Assembly (NCBI GenBank): GCA_009602725.1
Contig: WELB01000011.1
Location: 173,241 to 207,523 of the forward strand
Origin: Spirogloea muscicola
Lineage: Eukaryota
Direction of reading: 5' to 3'
DNA: 34,283 nucleotides
Made by a program: the position numbers and the translations under genes. The notes beneath the pieces are model-generated. The model did no database searches. It saw only the letters and a list, made by a program, of their open reading frames with translations, and had not been told where the DNA came from. Shown here piece after piece: positions 1-11,870 of the stretch (positions within the stretch are counted from its first letter, which is position 1; every line of letters begins with the position of its first letter).

Positions 1-225
1 AAGCTAACTTGGGGAGCTGGAGCGCCGCCACGAAAGCCGGAGGCCTGACTTAGAGCGCGCCCTGCACGTTGATGAAGAGCCAATGCTTGCGAGCGCTGCA
101 AACTAAGCGAGAGCCGCATTCTATAATATGCAACTAAGGCCTGCGGAATGCTGGAGTGGCCCAAGCTGCCCCCCCGACTTCGACGACGCGCATCAACCAG
201 CCGGGCCAGATGCTGGAAGGGGTTC
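1..225 (-). mobile_element. Fragment of the C-terminal coding region of an RLE-type (CRE-like) non-LTR retroelement, subfamily B
   Basis: Minus strand reads HLARLVDARRRSRGGSLGHSSIPQALVAYYRMRLSLSLQRSQALALHQRAGRALSQASGFRGG. This resembles the 'R.RLS..LQR..A' C-terminal motif of CRE-clade elements. It is nucleotide-similar to 9770-9990 and runs off the window edge. Confidence 0.6.
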
Positions 226-485
226 GAAGGGGATCGATCCAGGTCCGGTGGGATTCCCCATTGGCCCGCCACCGGGGGGGGGCTCCGGAAGGCCGGGAGG
301 ATCCAAGGGCGGCCGGGGCACGTGCGCCGGGCTGGGGGCCCCCCCGACGCTGCCCTTCTCCCCGTCGGTCCCGACGCTGGCCGACGGTGACGGTGCCGCC
401 CCGCTTCTGGGAATACCGCTTCCGAGAATAGCAAACAGCGAAAGAGGAGATCTGCCGGACGAGGCTGCCTGCGGGCCGCCCGTCC

Positions 486-564
486 CCGCCGCCGCCGCAT
501 TCGCCGCCGCATTCGCCGCCGCATCCGCCGCCGCATCCGCGCCGCCGCCGCCGCCGCCGCCGCC
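486..564. repeat. Imperfect (GCC)n low-complexity tract
   Basis: Runs of ccgccgccgca(t) and gccgccgcc are directly visible. Confidence 0.85.
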
Positions 565-2150
565 ATATGCGGCTGCAACGTGGACGCTGCTGCCGCAGGC
601 GGCGGCTCGGTAGCTCTGAACCGCTTGTCGAGACAGCAGCTGGCGGTCCCCATAAGTTGCGCGGTGGTGCCTACCCTTGCGCTGTGTCCGGCGCCCAGGA
701 CTCTGGCCTCGCCTTGGAGCTCCGGCATCATGCTTCACGATTGGCTGCGCCCCCGCAGCCTCCTCACTCTGGTTCACAGTGTGAAGCACTTGCGCATTGA
801 TGTCACATCTGTCTCCACATCCGTCTCCTTCCTGGACTCTGTGACTCTACAAAACGTGGCTGCAAAACCTTTCTCCAGAGCAAGTGTACTCAGCCACCCT
901 GATGTGTAAGCTTTATTCAATACTATATGATGTCCTGTTTGATGTGTCCAATTGTGAATGCCCTCTTCAATGTTAATTTGTGAACGGCGATGTGGAAATG
1001 CACCGAGCAATGTTGAAGGCAAGGCCAAGGTACGTCTCTGGCAGCAAAGCGACTCACGTCAATCACGGCGTCTGGGCTCGGTGTGCAAATCAACGGCGTC
1101 TGTGCACGTTGTGCAGCATTCTTGGCACCGCACCAAGCCCATTATTGTATAGGATGGTTTTCCTGGCTGTGTCGACTGATTTCAATGGACCTGTAGCCAA
1201 TTCTTATTTGCATGATCGACATCACACATGCGGATTCCCTTGACCTTGCAACCGACCTTGCAACAGTCACTCTTATCAAGACTCGGGCTCTTAAAATAGA
1301 CAATGGCTGTGAGAGCAGCCGGCGAGGTATGACCGGTTGCTGTTAAACGACGAGAAGAGAAGGACATATATCACCTGTTAACAAGGAGTGTGCATCACTT
1401 ATGCCAAGTCATATCTGAGCAAATCAGCTCGACCTGTTGCACTTGCCCTTGCTAAGCCATGCCACCGGCTAGGGCATGTTCAGAGCAATTTTGACAGCCT
1501 GCTTTTGTACTTCTGGGTTTGCCTTGCCACTTGAAACATTTCTTGCTAGGTGCCTCCTGGCAGTCCACATCAATCAAAGCGACATAATGCTCCTGTGCCA
1601 TGCCGCTCCTCTGCATATATTGTCAAACCTCACCCATAAACGCAGCCCAAGACTAGCATGCAACTTCCAGCATCGAGATATGTGAGAGGAAGCACCTGCG
1701 CACCTCACTCTCCTTCACAAAGTGCATGGAACAGTAACCACTGCAATTGTGCACTAGCATTCAACTTCCAATCGCGTGGCACACCAGCACACCCAGCTAG
1801 CGAGCAGCTAGAGAGCCTAACGCGTTTTATAAAAGCTGCACATCTAAGGAGATGCTTGGAATAAACCTAGGCTACACATAATAATTTCATCAATCTTCAC
1901 TCTACCGGAGGCGTGCTCCTACTGTGTCACAGCATCTGTGGATTGCTGGCAGCACCACCAAGCCTGCCTAAGTTCGGCGCTAAAGTTGGCGGTGCCGTGA
2001 ATGGGTAAGCTGAAAGCAGCCGCGGAAAATTTGGCATGTCACTTGAGAGCGGCAATTTTGCCCAGGCACCCAGGCCGGGGACTCAACTCATGGGCACTGT
2101 GTGTATGGCTCCGCAGAAGTGGTGGAACTGTCAAGGAAGTGGTCAGGTAC

Positions 2151-5100
2151 CTAAGCAGCCGTGGCGCTGGCAGAGCGGCTGGCGGCGATTTGGGTCTGAA
2201 TGTGCTGCGGCACGACGTCAAATTTGGCAAGCTGCATCGTGTACTGCGCGCGGCCCTTGGTCATGCCCCGCAGGTTGCTCACATAATTGAACATCTCAGA
2301 CAGCGGCACAAGTCCGTCCACCACCTAGAGCAACGATCCCCATGCAGCACACTGCCAGTCAGTGTCATTCTTAAGCTCCTAGGCCTTGACAAAAGCCAGC
2401 AACTGGAGTAGACCCTGCTTTGGTGGTCTATCATGCTCCTAACACCGAGCCTGGGACAGGGATGATCTGCCAATGATGATGATTCTTGTGGGGACAGCAA
2501 TGACATAGCCGCTCATCAAAACCCCGCCTTGACAATCACAGCACGCAGAGGATGTGGCTTGCCAGCACCTTCATGCCGCCGGGCTTGTCACCAAAGCTCT
2601 CAATCTGACCACGGCGTGAGTTGAGGTCGCCAATCACATCGCCCATGTGGTCCTCAGGTGTGACTACCTCCACCTGCGCCACTGCACCCAGTCAGCGGCT
2701 GATACTCGCCAATGGGCTGATACTTGCCTCCTCAAACCATGGGACAATGCAAGTATGTTCTTGAAGGTAAAAAGCTGAGGATTAATTGTAAGTCCCAATT
2801 TCTAACTCTCAGACTTAGAGGCCACAGTGAGGTGGCGGAAGACTTAGAGGCCTGTCAGATGTCTCAGGCACCGTAAGCAGGCTACGAAAATGCATCTTCC
2901 AGTAAGCATCAGCACTTAAGGCTCACTCAGCACTCAAGGCTCCCTTTCCATCAAGAGTCCAGCCACACGCCCTGGCAAGCACTGTGGACGGCAGCAAGAT
3001 GCTCGCCAGCTCCTACATCTAATCATGTGTCTACCACCTCAAATGGCTAGCAGGTAGACCAAAGACAACACAATAACATTCACCCTGATAGTACATATAC
3101 CAAGTAAGTAACGTCTGAACCTTCTATAAACTTGCACCCTGCACCCTGAGTGCTGATTTTACTAGTCTTTGCCATATGTCCACGACCTGATTCTCCTTTG
3201 CACCACAAGAGTGCCTACTTGGAGTGACTAGCATGTGAATTTTAGACAGCACCGTAACAGCTGGACTGACCCTACACATACCAAGCACCTGTACCATGCA
3301 TCCAGATCCATGATTTAAGCTTGCACCCTGAGTCATGCTTCGACATGAATTTTAGGGGTTTACGGTGAGTGACTGTGGGTGGTGACAAAAACTGAACCTC
3401 AAGACAATCTAAATTGCACAGTTATACTATACTACTAGCTTACAAATGCAGACAGCCAGGCAGCGAGAAGGCTAACCTTCATGATGGGCTCAAGGAGCTT
3501 AGGGCCGGCACGCGAGACGCCATCCTTGAAAGCGCCGCGCGCTGCCAGCTGGAAGGCAAGCACGCTTGAGTCCACTTCGTGATACGATCCGTCAGTGAGT
3601 ACCGCGCGCACGTCCACGACTGGGTAACCCGCCAGCACACCATTCGACATGCACTCCTCCAAACCCTGTCCAGCACTCATCCAAAGGTTTGTCAAAGGCA
3701 AGCATGTACATAATAAACTATATCAAGCATAAGTTGATGGCCGTTCACCTGCACTGATGCCAATCTGCAAGCTTGCCGTCTCTGCTGCAGATCGAGCAGG
3801 TGTTACGTCAGGGTCCAGTGTTGGGGAAGAACGGCAACTGACTGACCTTAACAACGCCAGGGACATACTCCTTGGGCACTGTACCACCCTTGATCTCGGA
3901 CTTGAACTCATACCCGCTGCCAGCCTCAAGCGGCTCGAAGCGAATCTCCACCTCAGCAAACTGACCCTGGCCGCCTGACTGTTTCTTATGCGTATACTTG
4001 ACGGTGACCTGTTTTGAGATGCTCTCACGGTAATTCACCTGCGGTGCGCCCACATTGGCCTCCACCTGCAAGGACTCCCAGTTGACAATGAACGGCCTTC
4101 ATTTGCATATTCGAGCTAGAAAGTAATTGTGCATTTGTGGGAACTCGACTAAAAGTTGAAAGATCTACATCAAGGATTGGTACGTTCAATACTGAAGAAG
4201 AAGAAATCAGGGTGGCGTTGTCTCAATCAAGTAAGAGAGAGCTGCCACAGCGGTGGTGCCGCGTAGCAGGTGGAGCTTGCTGCAGCTGCAGCGCACCTTG
4301 AACTCGCGCTTGAGGCGATCGACGATGATCTCCAAGTGCAGCTCGCCCATGCCCTCAATGACCGTCTGGTTGGTTTCTTCATCACGCGAGAAGTGGAACG
4401 AGGGGTCCTCCTGTGCAAGCTTGATGAGCCCGTTGGCCATGCGGTCCACGTCCGCCTTTGTCTTGGGCTCAATAGCAACCTTTATGACAGGCTCTGGGAA
4501 GTCCATGCGCTCCAGGATCACTGGCGAGTCGGCGTCGCAAATTGTCTCGCCAGTGATTGTGTCCTTAAGGCCAGCGACAGCAACAATGTCACCCGTACGC
4601 GCGCCCTTGATGTCCTCCCTCGAGTTGGCATGCATCTCGAGCAGGCGCCCAATACGCTCCTTCTTGTTCTTGTTGGAGTTAAGAACGTACGTGCCAGCTG
4701 TGAGCACACCCGAATACACACGAACGAACGTCAACGACCCCACAAATGGGTCTGTCATGATCTTGAACGCCAGGCCCGAGAAGGGCTCCTCATCGCTCGG
4801 CTTCCTCTCCACCACCTTCTCGGCGTCGTCCATATCAGTACCCTGGCCGACCGCAACAAAACAGGCCCACAGCTGAAGTAAGCTGCACAGCCATGTGCAC
4901 ACACCGCCACCTGGCTTTTGATACCACCAATTTGTTTGCCAGGGCCAGGGTTATTGGCATTAGCTTGGGATTAGGGTCACTAGTTCAGCCTTGGCTTTGG
5001 CCAAAAGAATCAGAGACTTGAGTACAGAAGACAGACTACATTGGTCTGCTGCCAACCTGCATAGGGGGAACATCAAGTGGCGAGGGAAGGTAGTCCACGA

Positions 5101-6105
5101 CGGCATCCAGGAGGGGCTGCACGCCCTTGTTCTTGAATGCCGAGCCACACAGCACAGGCACGAAGCGAGCGCCGATTGTGCCACTGCGGATGAGCTTCTT
5201 GAGCTCCGCCTCCGGGGGTTCCTGGCCTTCCATCAAGAATGCCTCCATGGCTGCATCATCCAGCTCCACCGCCGCCTCCACCAGCGCGGCACGGTACTCT
5301 GCCGCCTGGTCCTGCAGGCCAAAGTCCACCTTGCGGCTGGTTGTCAAAGCTAATTAAATTGTCATCATTGAAGGCTATCCGTGCTGCCACAGTCACAATC
5401 ACTATGCGGTGGCAAAATAAAGGAGGGGAGCAAAATCCAGGGGCGCACCGCAAGATCAGCAGGAATATCCTTATACTCGAACTTTGCACCGAGCTCCTCA
5501 CCACTCCACACAATCGCCTTCATCTTCACCAGGTCCACCACACCCTGGAACGTGTCCTCGGATCCTATCGGGAGCTGCAAGTTGCAAGAAATTGTCAGGT
5601 TTGACGGTCAAAGGCTCGCAAGCAGCGGGGAGATAGGAGATAGGAAGGGCAATGCAGGGTGAGGGTGAACAGACGACTGCAGGAGCAGGCCAGCAGCAGA
5701 ATGTGGCAAGCAGCCATAGACCTGGAGAACGAGCGGGTTGGCGCCAAGGTTGCTGACGATCATGTCGCGGGTGCGGAAGAAGTTGGCGCCAAGGCGGTCC
5801 ATCTTGTTGACAAAGCAGATGCGGGGCACGCCGTATTTATCCGCTTGCCGCCACACAGTCTCCGACTGCGGCTCCACGCCTGCAACCGAGTCGAAGAGGC
5901 AGATGGCACCGTCCAGCACGCGCAGAGCGCGCTCCACCTGCATGCACCGAAAGCGCGGCAAGGTGAGCAAAGGCCGTCGCCAAGGACGACCAGCACAGCG
6001 GCACCACGCAGCAACTTCTGGCGGCCAGAACCACCAGCAGCGGCGCACCGGCGGAGGCCAGGTCAAAGCCCTGGACCGACGGTGAAGGCAGATGGCGAAG
6101 AGTCG

Positions 6106-6142
<37 letters not shown>

Positions 6143-6260
6143 TATGCGGCAGCACACTGCACGCACCTCCAGCGTGAAGTCCACGTGGCCGGGCGTGTCG
6201 ATGATGTTTATGCGCGTGTCGTTCCACGCGCAGGTCGTGGCGGCGGACGTGATGGTGATG

Positions 6261-6293
<33 letters not shown>

Positions 6294-6735
6294 GTCGCCG
6301 TGCCCTCGTGTACCTCGCCGATCTTGTAGCTCTTGCCCGTGTAGAAGAGCACGCGCTCCGTCGTCGTCGTCTTGCCCGCATCGATGTGCGCCATGATCCC
6401 GATGTTGCGGTAGTCCTTGAGGTCCGTCGCCCGCGTCTCGCCTGTAAGCGCGGCCAACCACGGCTTCCCCCCTCCGCCCGTCAGAGCCATGGCAGCCTCG
6501 ACGACTCTGTCACAGTCGGACGCTGCTTGTCGAGGCGCCAGATCTGTGAGGCGGCGCAGTGCGGCACTGGATGTGCGCGGCGGCTCACCAGAACCAGCGG
6601 AGCAGGTCACGGTGGCGCGACGCTTGCCGGAGCCGCCGCCGCCGTCGCCGCCGCCGCCGCCGCCGCCGCTGCCGNGCGGGCGATGCCGGCGGCGGCGGCG
6701 GCGGCGCGGGCCAGGAGCGGCGCGGCGGCGGCCAT
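2151..6735 (-). CDS. fusA: Plastid translation elongation factor G (nuclear-encoded cpEF-G), 10 exons
   Basis: Motifs [72 protein letters not shown]. Exons, all GT-AG and phase-consistent: 6735-6589, 6441-6167, 5937-5722, 5574-5449, 5311-5057, 4842-4297, 4065-3847, 3665-3477, 2673-2569, 2324-2151 (TAG). The Ala/Gly/Arg-rich N-terminus ending RRATVTCSA looks like a transit peptide. Exon 1 contains an N at 6676 across which the frame shifts, so the start is less certain. Confidence 0.96.
6109..6138. repeat. (GA)15 microsatellite in EF-G intron 2
   Basis: Perfect GA run. Confidence 0.95.
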
Positions 6736-7099
6736 GGCTGCGGCGGTCGTGGGAGCTGCCGGCGGCTCTTCGCCGGGACGATGGTGATGACGAGAAATGA
6801 GCGGGGAGACAGCGGTTGCTAATAGTAAATGGAATGACCGGGGGGGGTGAGAGTGGGGTTGGCCCCTACGAGGAGAGGTCCCGGGCAAGCCGATCATATG
6901 CCGCCGGGGAGGGAGGGAGTGGAGGGAGGGTGGCCAGCGCCCCCGTGGCCGTCGATGTGCCACGGGACGGGCGGGTGCCGTGGTGCGAGATCTTCGGGAT
7001 TGATAATCTGATGTTTGGATGCTTTTGCCAAAGCTCCATAGATCCGCAAATGGGGAAGGAAGGCGCGGCGGTGCGCACTGAACGGAGGCGAGGCCGAAG

Positions 7100-7820
7100 C
7101 AAGGAAATTTCGTGTATAGGAAACAAATGTAGGCCAAATGGCCAAGTACACAGGCAAGCACATCTAAAGATCCACATGACCTACAGCAGATTGACCCGCT
7201 CAAGAAACACGAGTCAAAACATAAAGGTCACTAATCGATGCATGAATACTAGATGCCAGACCAACTAGAGCTCGCCCAGCTTTCTGGTGCAAGGCACTAG
7301 CCTGAGCACGCGGCAAACAGGCTGAAACTCGTCGTCGCAAGAGCGACAGATATGCAGCTGGCAAGCCCATCTCAGCCGGAAACACATCTGCACGTCGAGT
7401 GTAGCCTAGATTGGCAATGTTTTGAAGCAGTGTAGAAACGAGGACCCAGACAGCCATAGATGTCGATTGCCACTGGCAGGAGCTGATCGCATTGGGGGTA
7501 AGCGGAGTAGTGCCGCAGATTTCTTTGTTCTGCACCGCCCACTGCATGCCCAGCGATGTGTATCGATGCTGGGCCCTTATATGCCTCTGTAACAACAACG
7601 TCGACCAGGGCCCGTGGTCCACCACCAGGTTGCACGCCCACAATGTCAAGTGTGCGGCGAAGCAAGGAAGCCATCGTTCAGGCAAAAGGTGATGCGAAGA
7701 ATGGGGCTTCACACCCTATGCCAAAGAGAGAAGGGCTCGCCCATTGAGGATAGGGGCTGGGAGAAGCCAGCCCAAAAACGAATGAACAAAGTACGAGAAG
7801 GGGCCAAGGGAAGCACGAAA
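7100..7820 (-). mobile_element. Degenerate RLE-type (CRE-like) non-LTR retroelement relic, subfamily A copy 1
   Basis: Frameshifted minus-strand peptide RTLDIVGVQPGGGPRALVDVVVT...AGHAVGGAEQRNLRHY...LLPVAIDIYGCLG...RRRVSACLPRAQASALHQKAGRAL...ISDLYVLTRVS* follows the PD..D / E..K..Y / P.A.E..G / RLS..LQR pattern of RLE domains. It aligns by eye with 10335-10900, 11360-11455 and 12760-12960. Confidence 0.7.
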
Positions 7821-7861
7821 GTGTGGCTAAGGTAAGGGCAAGTGAATGTACTGAGGATGCT

Positions 7862-8040
7862 GAAAGCCCGGCTCCATCTCTGACGTGGCCCCCTTATGTA
7901 GTGCCCCCCTTAGCCAACTCATTACCCCGTTACCAGGACGTCTGTAAGGCTAGGATTGGCCTCCCATTCTCACTTTCATGCGCACCGCGCGCCTCCTCTC
8001 TGACACGGGGGTATTGAGGGCGCCCTGTCTGCCTAGCCTT
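7862..8040 (+). mobile_element. 3' end of a subfamily B retroelement in opposite orientation
   Basis: cccccttagccaactcattaccccgttaccagg...attggcctccc...tttcatgcgcaccgcgcgcctcctctc matches the reverse complements of 9590-9737 and 11560-11633. It is preceded by GSISDVAPL, similar to the terminal LSDMNVLT motif. Confidence 0.5.
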
Positions 8041-9384
8041 TGGCTCCGTCATGAACACCTGTATGCATCTGGCTGGCATTTCACAGCCGATTCTTTCATA
8101 TCAGCAGCCGCTTTCTTTCTCTGATGTCCCACGACGCTTCGTTCAATGGGTGCACAAGCTTTGCCTCCCACCCCTGATACAAGGGCTCATGATGCCACTC
8201 GGCCCGACCGATCAGCCAGGCAAACCCCCGGGTGGTCCAAATGTGACGATATGGTCTGCTGGGACATCGCTTTCAAAGGATCAAGCGCACTTTCCAGTGG
8301 CAAACTACTGGGGCTCATGACTCGTCATACACTTGAAGCGACAAAGCAGAAGAAGCTCTTTCAAAAAAGGGGTGATGGTTGTGAAAGGTCCTCAAAAGGA
8401 GTGGACGAGGTCGCGCAAAGGTCCAAGACCAAGGCAGGTGCTTTTGCAGAGTCAGCCCACAATGCCTCCAAACAGCTCGATTAGCGCTGGTGGTCCAAAT
8501 GCCCCAGCGCAAACGGGCTAAGCAATGGGGAGGGTTTCGCGAGTTCTGCTACAGCCTGATGAAAGATTTGTGGCCCGTGCCTCAACCAGCATACGAGTGA
8601 GCTGAGGTGACCTGGGGGCGCTGATCTCAACAGGGACCAACAGAGACCGACAGGCGCTCATGCAGTACGTTATGCGCCGAGTGCGGGAAGCAAACAATTG
8701 CTAGTGAGCAGCTGGCTGCTCCAAATGATAGTGGCAAGCTGCTACATGCCGAGCCATTAGCTTCACGGAGAGAGCCTCCTGTTCCCTGAGGTATCATGCA
8801 GGATCAAGAGCATGGGATGATTCGATGCGTGCTGCTTGCGCCTTAGTCACCTACGGGAGAAGCTTCTCACTCATTTTTGAAAAGTGCCCAGGGTTCTGGA
8901 GATCCTGTGCCAGCCGTTCTGCACCCTTCCAGACCACTGCATCCATGATGCATCCTTCTGGAAAGTAGAAGCCGTCCATCTCATGAGCATTGGGAGGATC
9001 TGGGGTAGAGAAGCGAGGCCGTAGTTGAGATTCATAAAGTGCATCAGCTGCAAAATATCCGATGCAACTCTACAAAGGCCTCGGGTACGTGATAGATGAT
9101 GATGAGCAAAAATGACGATATGAAGACGGGCACCTAGCAATTGCCAGCGGCACATAGCTCACTCGACCACTCTCCAGGTTGGGAACGACAATTTGCAGCA
9201 GGAGGCAGTCAATGGCGGCCTCCATTACTGGCTTGCACCCTCGTGCACCTCGCTGAGATGTTGCCTGGTCCATAGAGAGAAACACGCTTCCAGGAGAGGG
9301 CGGTGGCTGGAGAGGCCAGCTCAGAAACAAGAATGACCAAAGGGCGAAGGGGCCAAGGGATAGCGCTTACGCTAGCACAGATGG

Positions 9385-9990
9385 AATCAAGCAGCTACGA
9401 AACACTCAGTGACCCCTGCTAAGCATAGAGGACAGCGCGCGCTCAGTGACTGGCTCAGTGGCAGGCACAAATAAGTTGCGGCACCTGCTGCCAGGACTGC
9501 CGCCGCTCCTTCTGCAAGAGCCAGCCCAGCCTGGCGGGCGGCCTCAAGGCAGCTGCAGCAACGACACTGACGTGCCGGCCGGGCGTTCCCTGCTGCAGAG
9601 AGGTGTAGGAGACGCGCGGCGCGCGTGAAAATGAAAGTGAGGCCAATTCGAGCTTTATAACTTTGTGGTATTTTAATGGCCATTTGAGCTACAAAAGTTC
9701 TGGTAACGGGTCAATGAGCTGGCTAAGGGGGACACTGATATCCGCGGGTGAGCACATTCATATCTGACAAGCCAAGCTGAGGAGCCAGACCACCACCACG
9801 GAAGCCATCAACCTGGCCAAATGCGCGCCCAGCACGCTGGTTATTGCGAGTGCCGGGAGCGCTGCAGACTCAATAGAAGCCGCTTTCTATAGCAAGCAAC
9901 GATTGCCTACGGGACGCTAGAATGCCTAAGCTACCCGCCCGACTACGTCGGCGAGCATCGACAGGTCGTGCCAGGCTATGGAGGAGGGAA
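9385..9990 (-). mobile_element. Subfamily B RLE retroelement C-terminus plus putative 3' UTR
   Basis: 9770-9990 is similar to 1-225, and the frame continues GFRGGGLAPQLGLSDMNVLTRGYQCPP*. Downstream sequence matches 7900-8010 (inverted) and 11478-11633. Confidence 0.55.
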
Positions 9991-10334
9991 GACCACTTTG
10001 TTCCACAGCCGCCATTTATCATCTATGGCGTATGGGAAGAAGTCGGCCCGGGGTGGTCCTTATTTTGTCTCCCCCTTCTTCTCCGCATGATGCGTCGCGC
10101 AGCCTCAATTGCACAGAGAGAGTGGAAAGTAGTACCGCCGCCGGCGGTAAGGGCGGCGCAGGTCGTGGTGGCGACCACCACGGGCCGCTGCTGTGTAGGA
10201 GCTGAACAGTGCTAGCTACCGCGGCTGATCTTCCGGAGGCAGCAAGCAAGTACGTGGTTCCACAGTCTTCTCGCTGTTGCTGACCGCGCGTTGGAAGCTT
10301 TTCAAAACAGAGCAGCTCCTCTAGTGGAACTTGC

Positions 10335-11455
10335 GTCTCTTCAAACAATGGAAGGCCAAAGTGGCCAAGTACACGGCAAGCACATCTGATGCCGGAATTT
10401 ACCCACTGCAAATTGACCGCTCAGTAACCACGGGTCTACACATTAAGGTGCTAATTGATATCTGATTTCCAGATGGCAAATTGCAAGCCCTTCTGCCACC
10501 AACTATAGGCCCATCTTTCTGATGCAAAGCATGAGACTGAGCTCGCTGCACGCAGGCCAACACGACGGCGCAAGAACGACTGTCATGCAGCTGGCAAGCC
10601 CATCTCAGCCGCAACTACATCTCCGCCTCGTGCATAGCCTAGATTGGCAGTCCCGGAGAGTGTGGACTCGAGGACCTATACAGCCAAAGATATCGACTGC
10701 AGCTGGCAGGAGCTGATCGCAGTGGCGGTAGTCGATGTAGTGCTGCAGCTTTCTTTGTTCTGCACTACACACTGCGTGGCCAGCGATGTGGGTCAATGCT
10801 GGCTGTATGCCTCGGTAATGACGACATCAACCAAGGCCCGTGGGGCCTTACCAGATTGCACGCCCACAAAGTCAAAGGGGCGAGGGCTGTGGAACGCCAT
10901 GAACAAGGTCCGGAGGAGTCGGGAGACCGTTACCTCGCAGGGGAGCAAGAGACCAGTAAGGCTGGCTTCACAGATGGGAGCTCTGCAGCATCGGTCCTTA
11001 AGATAGAGCTCATGCAAAGGAAAGTGATGGCTGTGAGAGGCCAGCCCAGATGAAAAACAGCTCTTTCTAAGTAGACGATGGCCATGAGTGGCCAGCCTGA
11101 AGAAAAAAGCTCTTCCAGAAGGGGCGAGCGCTGTGAAATTCGGCTCGAAAAGAAGGGATAAGGTACGAAGAGACCCCCTTGATCACACAGCCATGCAAGC
11201 ACCACAAAATTTTCGCTTGGCCAGTTAGAGATGGACAAGGGCCGGATGAGAAGTAGCTCTTTCGAACTCTATTCTCAATGGGCGAGCACTTTCTTCTTTC
11301 GAAGGGGGCGAGGGCTGCCAAGGGCCAGCTTACAGAAGAATGACCGGGCAGGAGGAGACGCTCAGAAAGTGCTCGTCCATTGAGAATAGGGGCTGGAAAA
11401 GCCAACCCAAAAAAGAATCAACAAAAGACGAGAAGGGGGCCAGGGGAAGCGCTAA
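10335..11455 (-). mobile_element. Degenerate RLE-type retroelement relic, subfamily A copy 2 (longest)
   Basis: Peptides RPFDFVGVQSGKAPRALVDVVITEAY, HIAGHAVCSAEQRKLQHY..DQLLPAAVDIFGCIGP and LACVQRAQSHALHQK. Upstream His/Cys-rich remnants (THGHRLL..C, HELYLKDRCC) may be the Zn knuckle. Collinear with 7100-7820. Confidence 0.7.
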
Positions 11456-11477
11456 GAAAAACAAGCACACAAAGAAA

Positions 11478-11870
11478 CAAAGCAGCTACGGATCACTCAG
11501 TAACCCCTGCTAAGCAGCCTCAGGTCAGAGACGCTAGGCTCCCAAGGGCCTTTCTTTTACAACGGCCCAGAGAGAAGGCACACGGTGCGCATGAAATTCA
11601 ATGGGAGGCCAACTAGCGTTACAAATGTCCTGCTAAGCTAAGGAATGCACAAAGGTCTGAAGGAGCCGGAGTGCTAAGGACTAAGACATCAGCCAAGTCG
11701 GAATAGCTCGCAGGCGGAAAGATGTCGACCTGACGGAAGCCGGAGGCCGCCGTGAACCGCGAAGGGATCAGCTGCAAAGAGAGGCCAAGCGCATCCGGAA
11801 GACGCGAGCGGGGGCACCGGCGACATTGAAGCCAGGCTGCTCGCCCTGCTGCCCGAGGAAAGGCTGGTGG
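11478..11870 (-). mobile_element. Diverged subfamily B RLE retroelement C-terminus plus putative 3' UTR
   Basis: Frameshifted FRMRL.LSLQ, then AASGFRQ...SDLADVLVLS. 11478-11520 matches 9388-9425, and 11560-11633 matches 7933-8000 inverted. Confidence 0.5.

Noticed and set aside
128..789. 161-198 aa Pro/Gly/Ala-rich ORFs on both strands
   Set aside because: GC-rich low-complexity sequence with no recognisable domain or convincing splice structure.
2674..3476. Mobile element in the longest EF-G intron
   Set aside because: Only short direct repeats (agacttagaggcc twice, cttgcaccctg twice); no termini, duplication or coding remnant.
4253..4881. Long plus-strand ORFs opposite EF-G (similar shadows occur opposite the F-box, RPS15, PGM-like and NUB1 exons)
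   Set aside because: Antisense shadows expected from GC-rich codon usage.
6660..6700. EF-G pseudogene because of the exon 1 frameshift
   Set aside because: The shift coincides with an N placeholder in a GCC-rich tract, and the other nine exons are intact.
7899..9737. hAT-like DNA transposon bounded by YAGTG terminal inverted repeats
   Set aside because: There is no 8-bp target duplication (cccttatg versus atatccgc). Both arms continue outward into retroelement C-terminal coding remnants, so they are better read as two opposed retroelement 3' ends.
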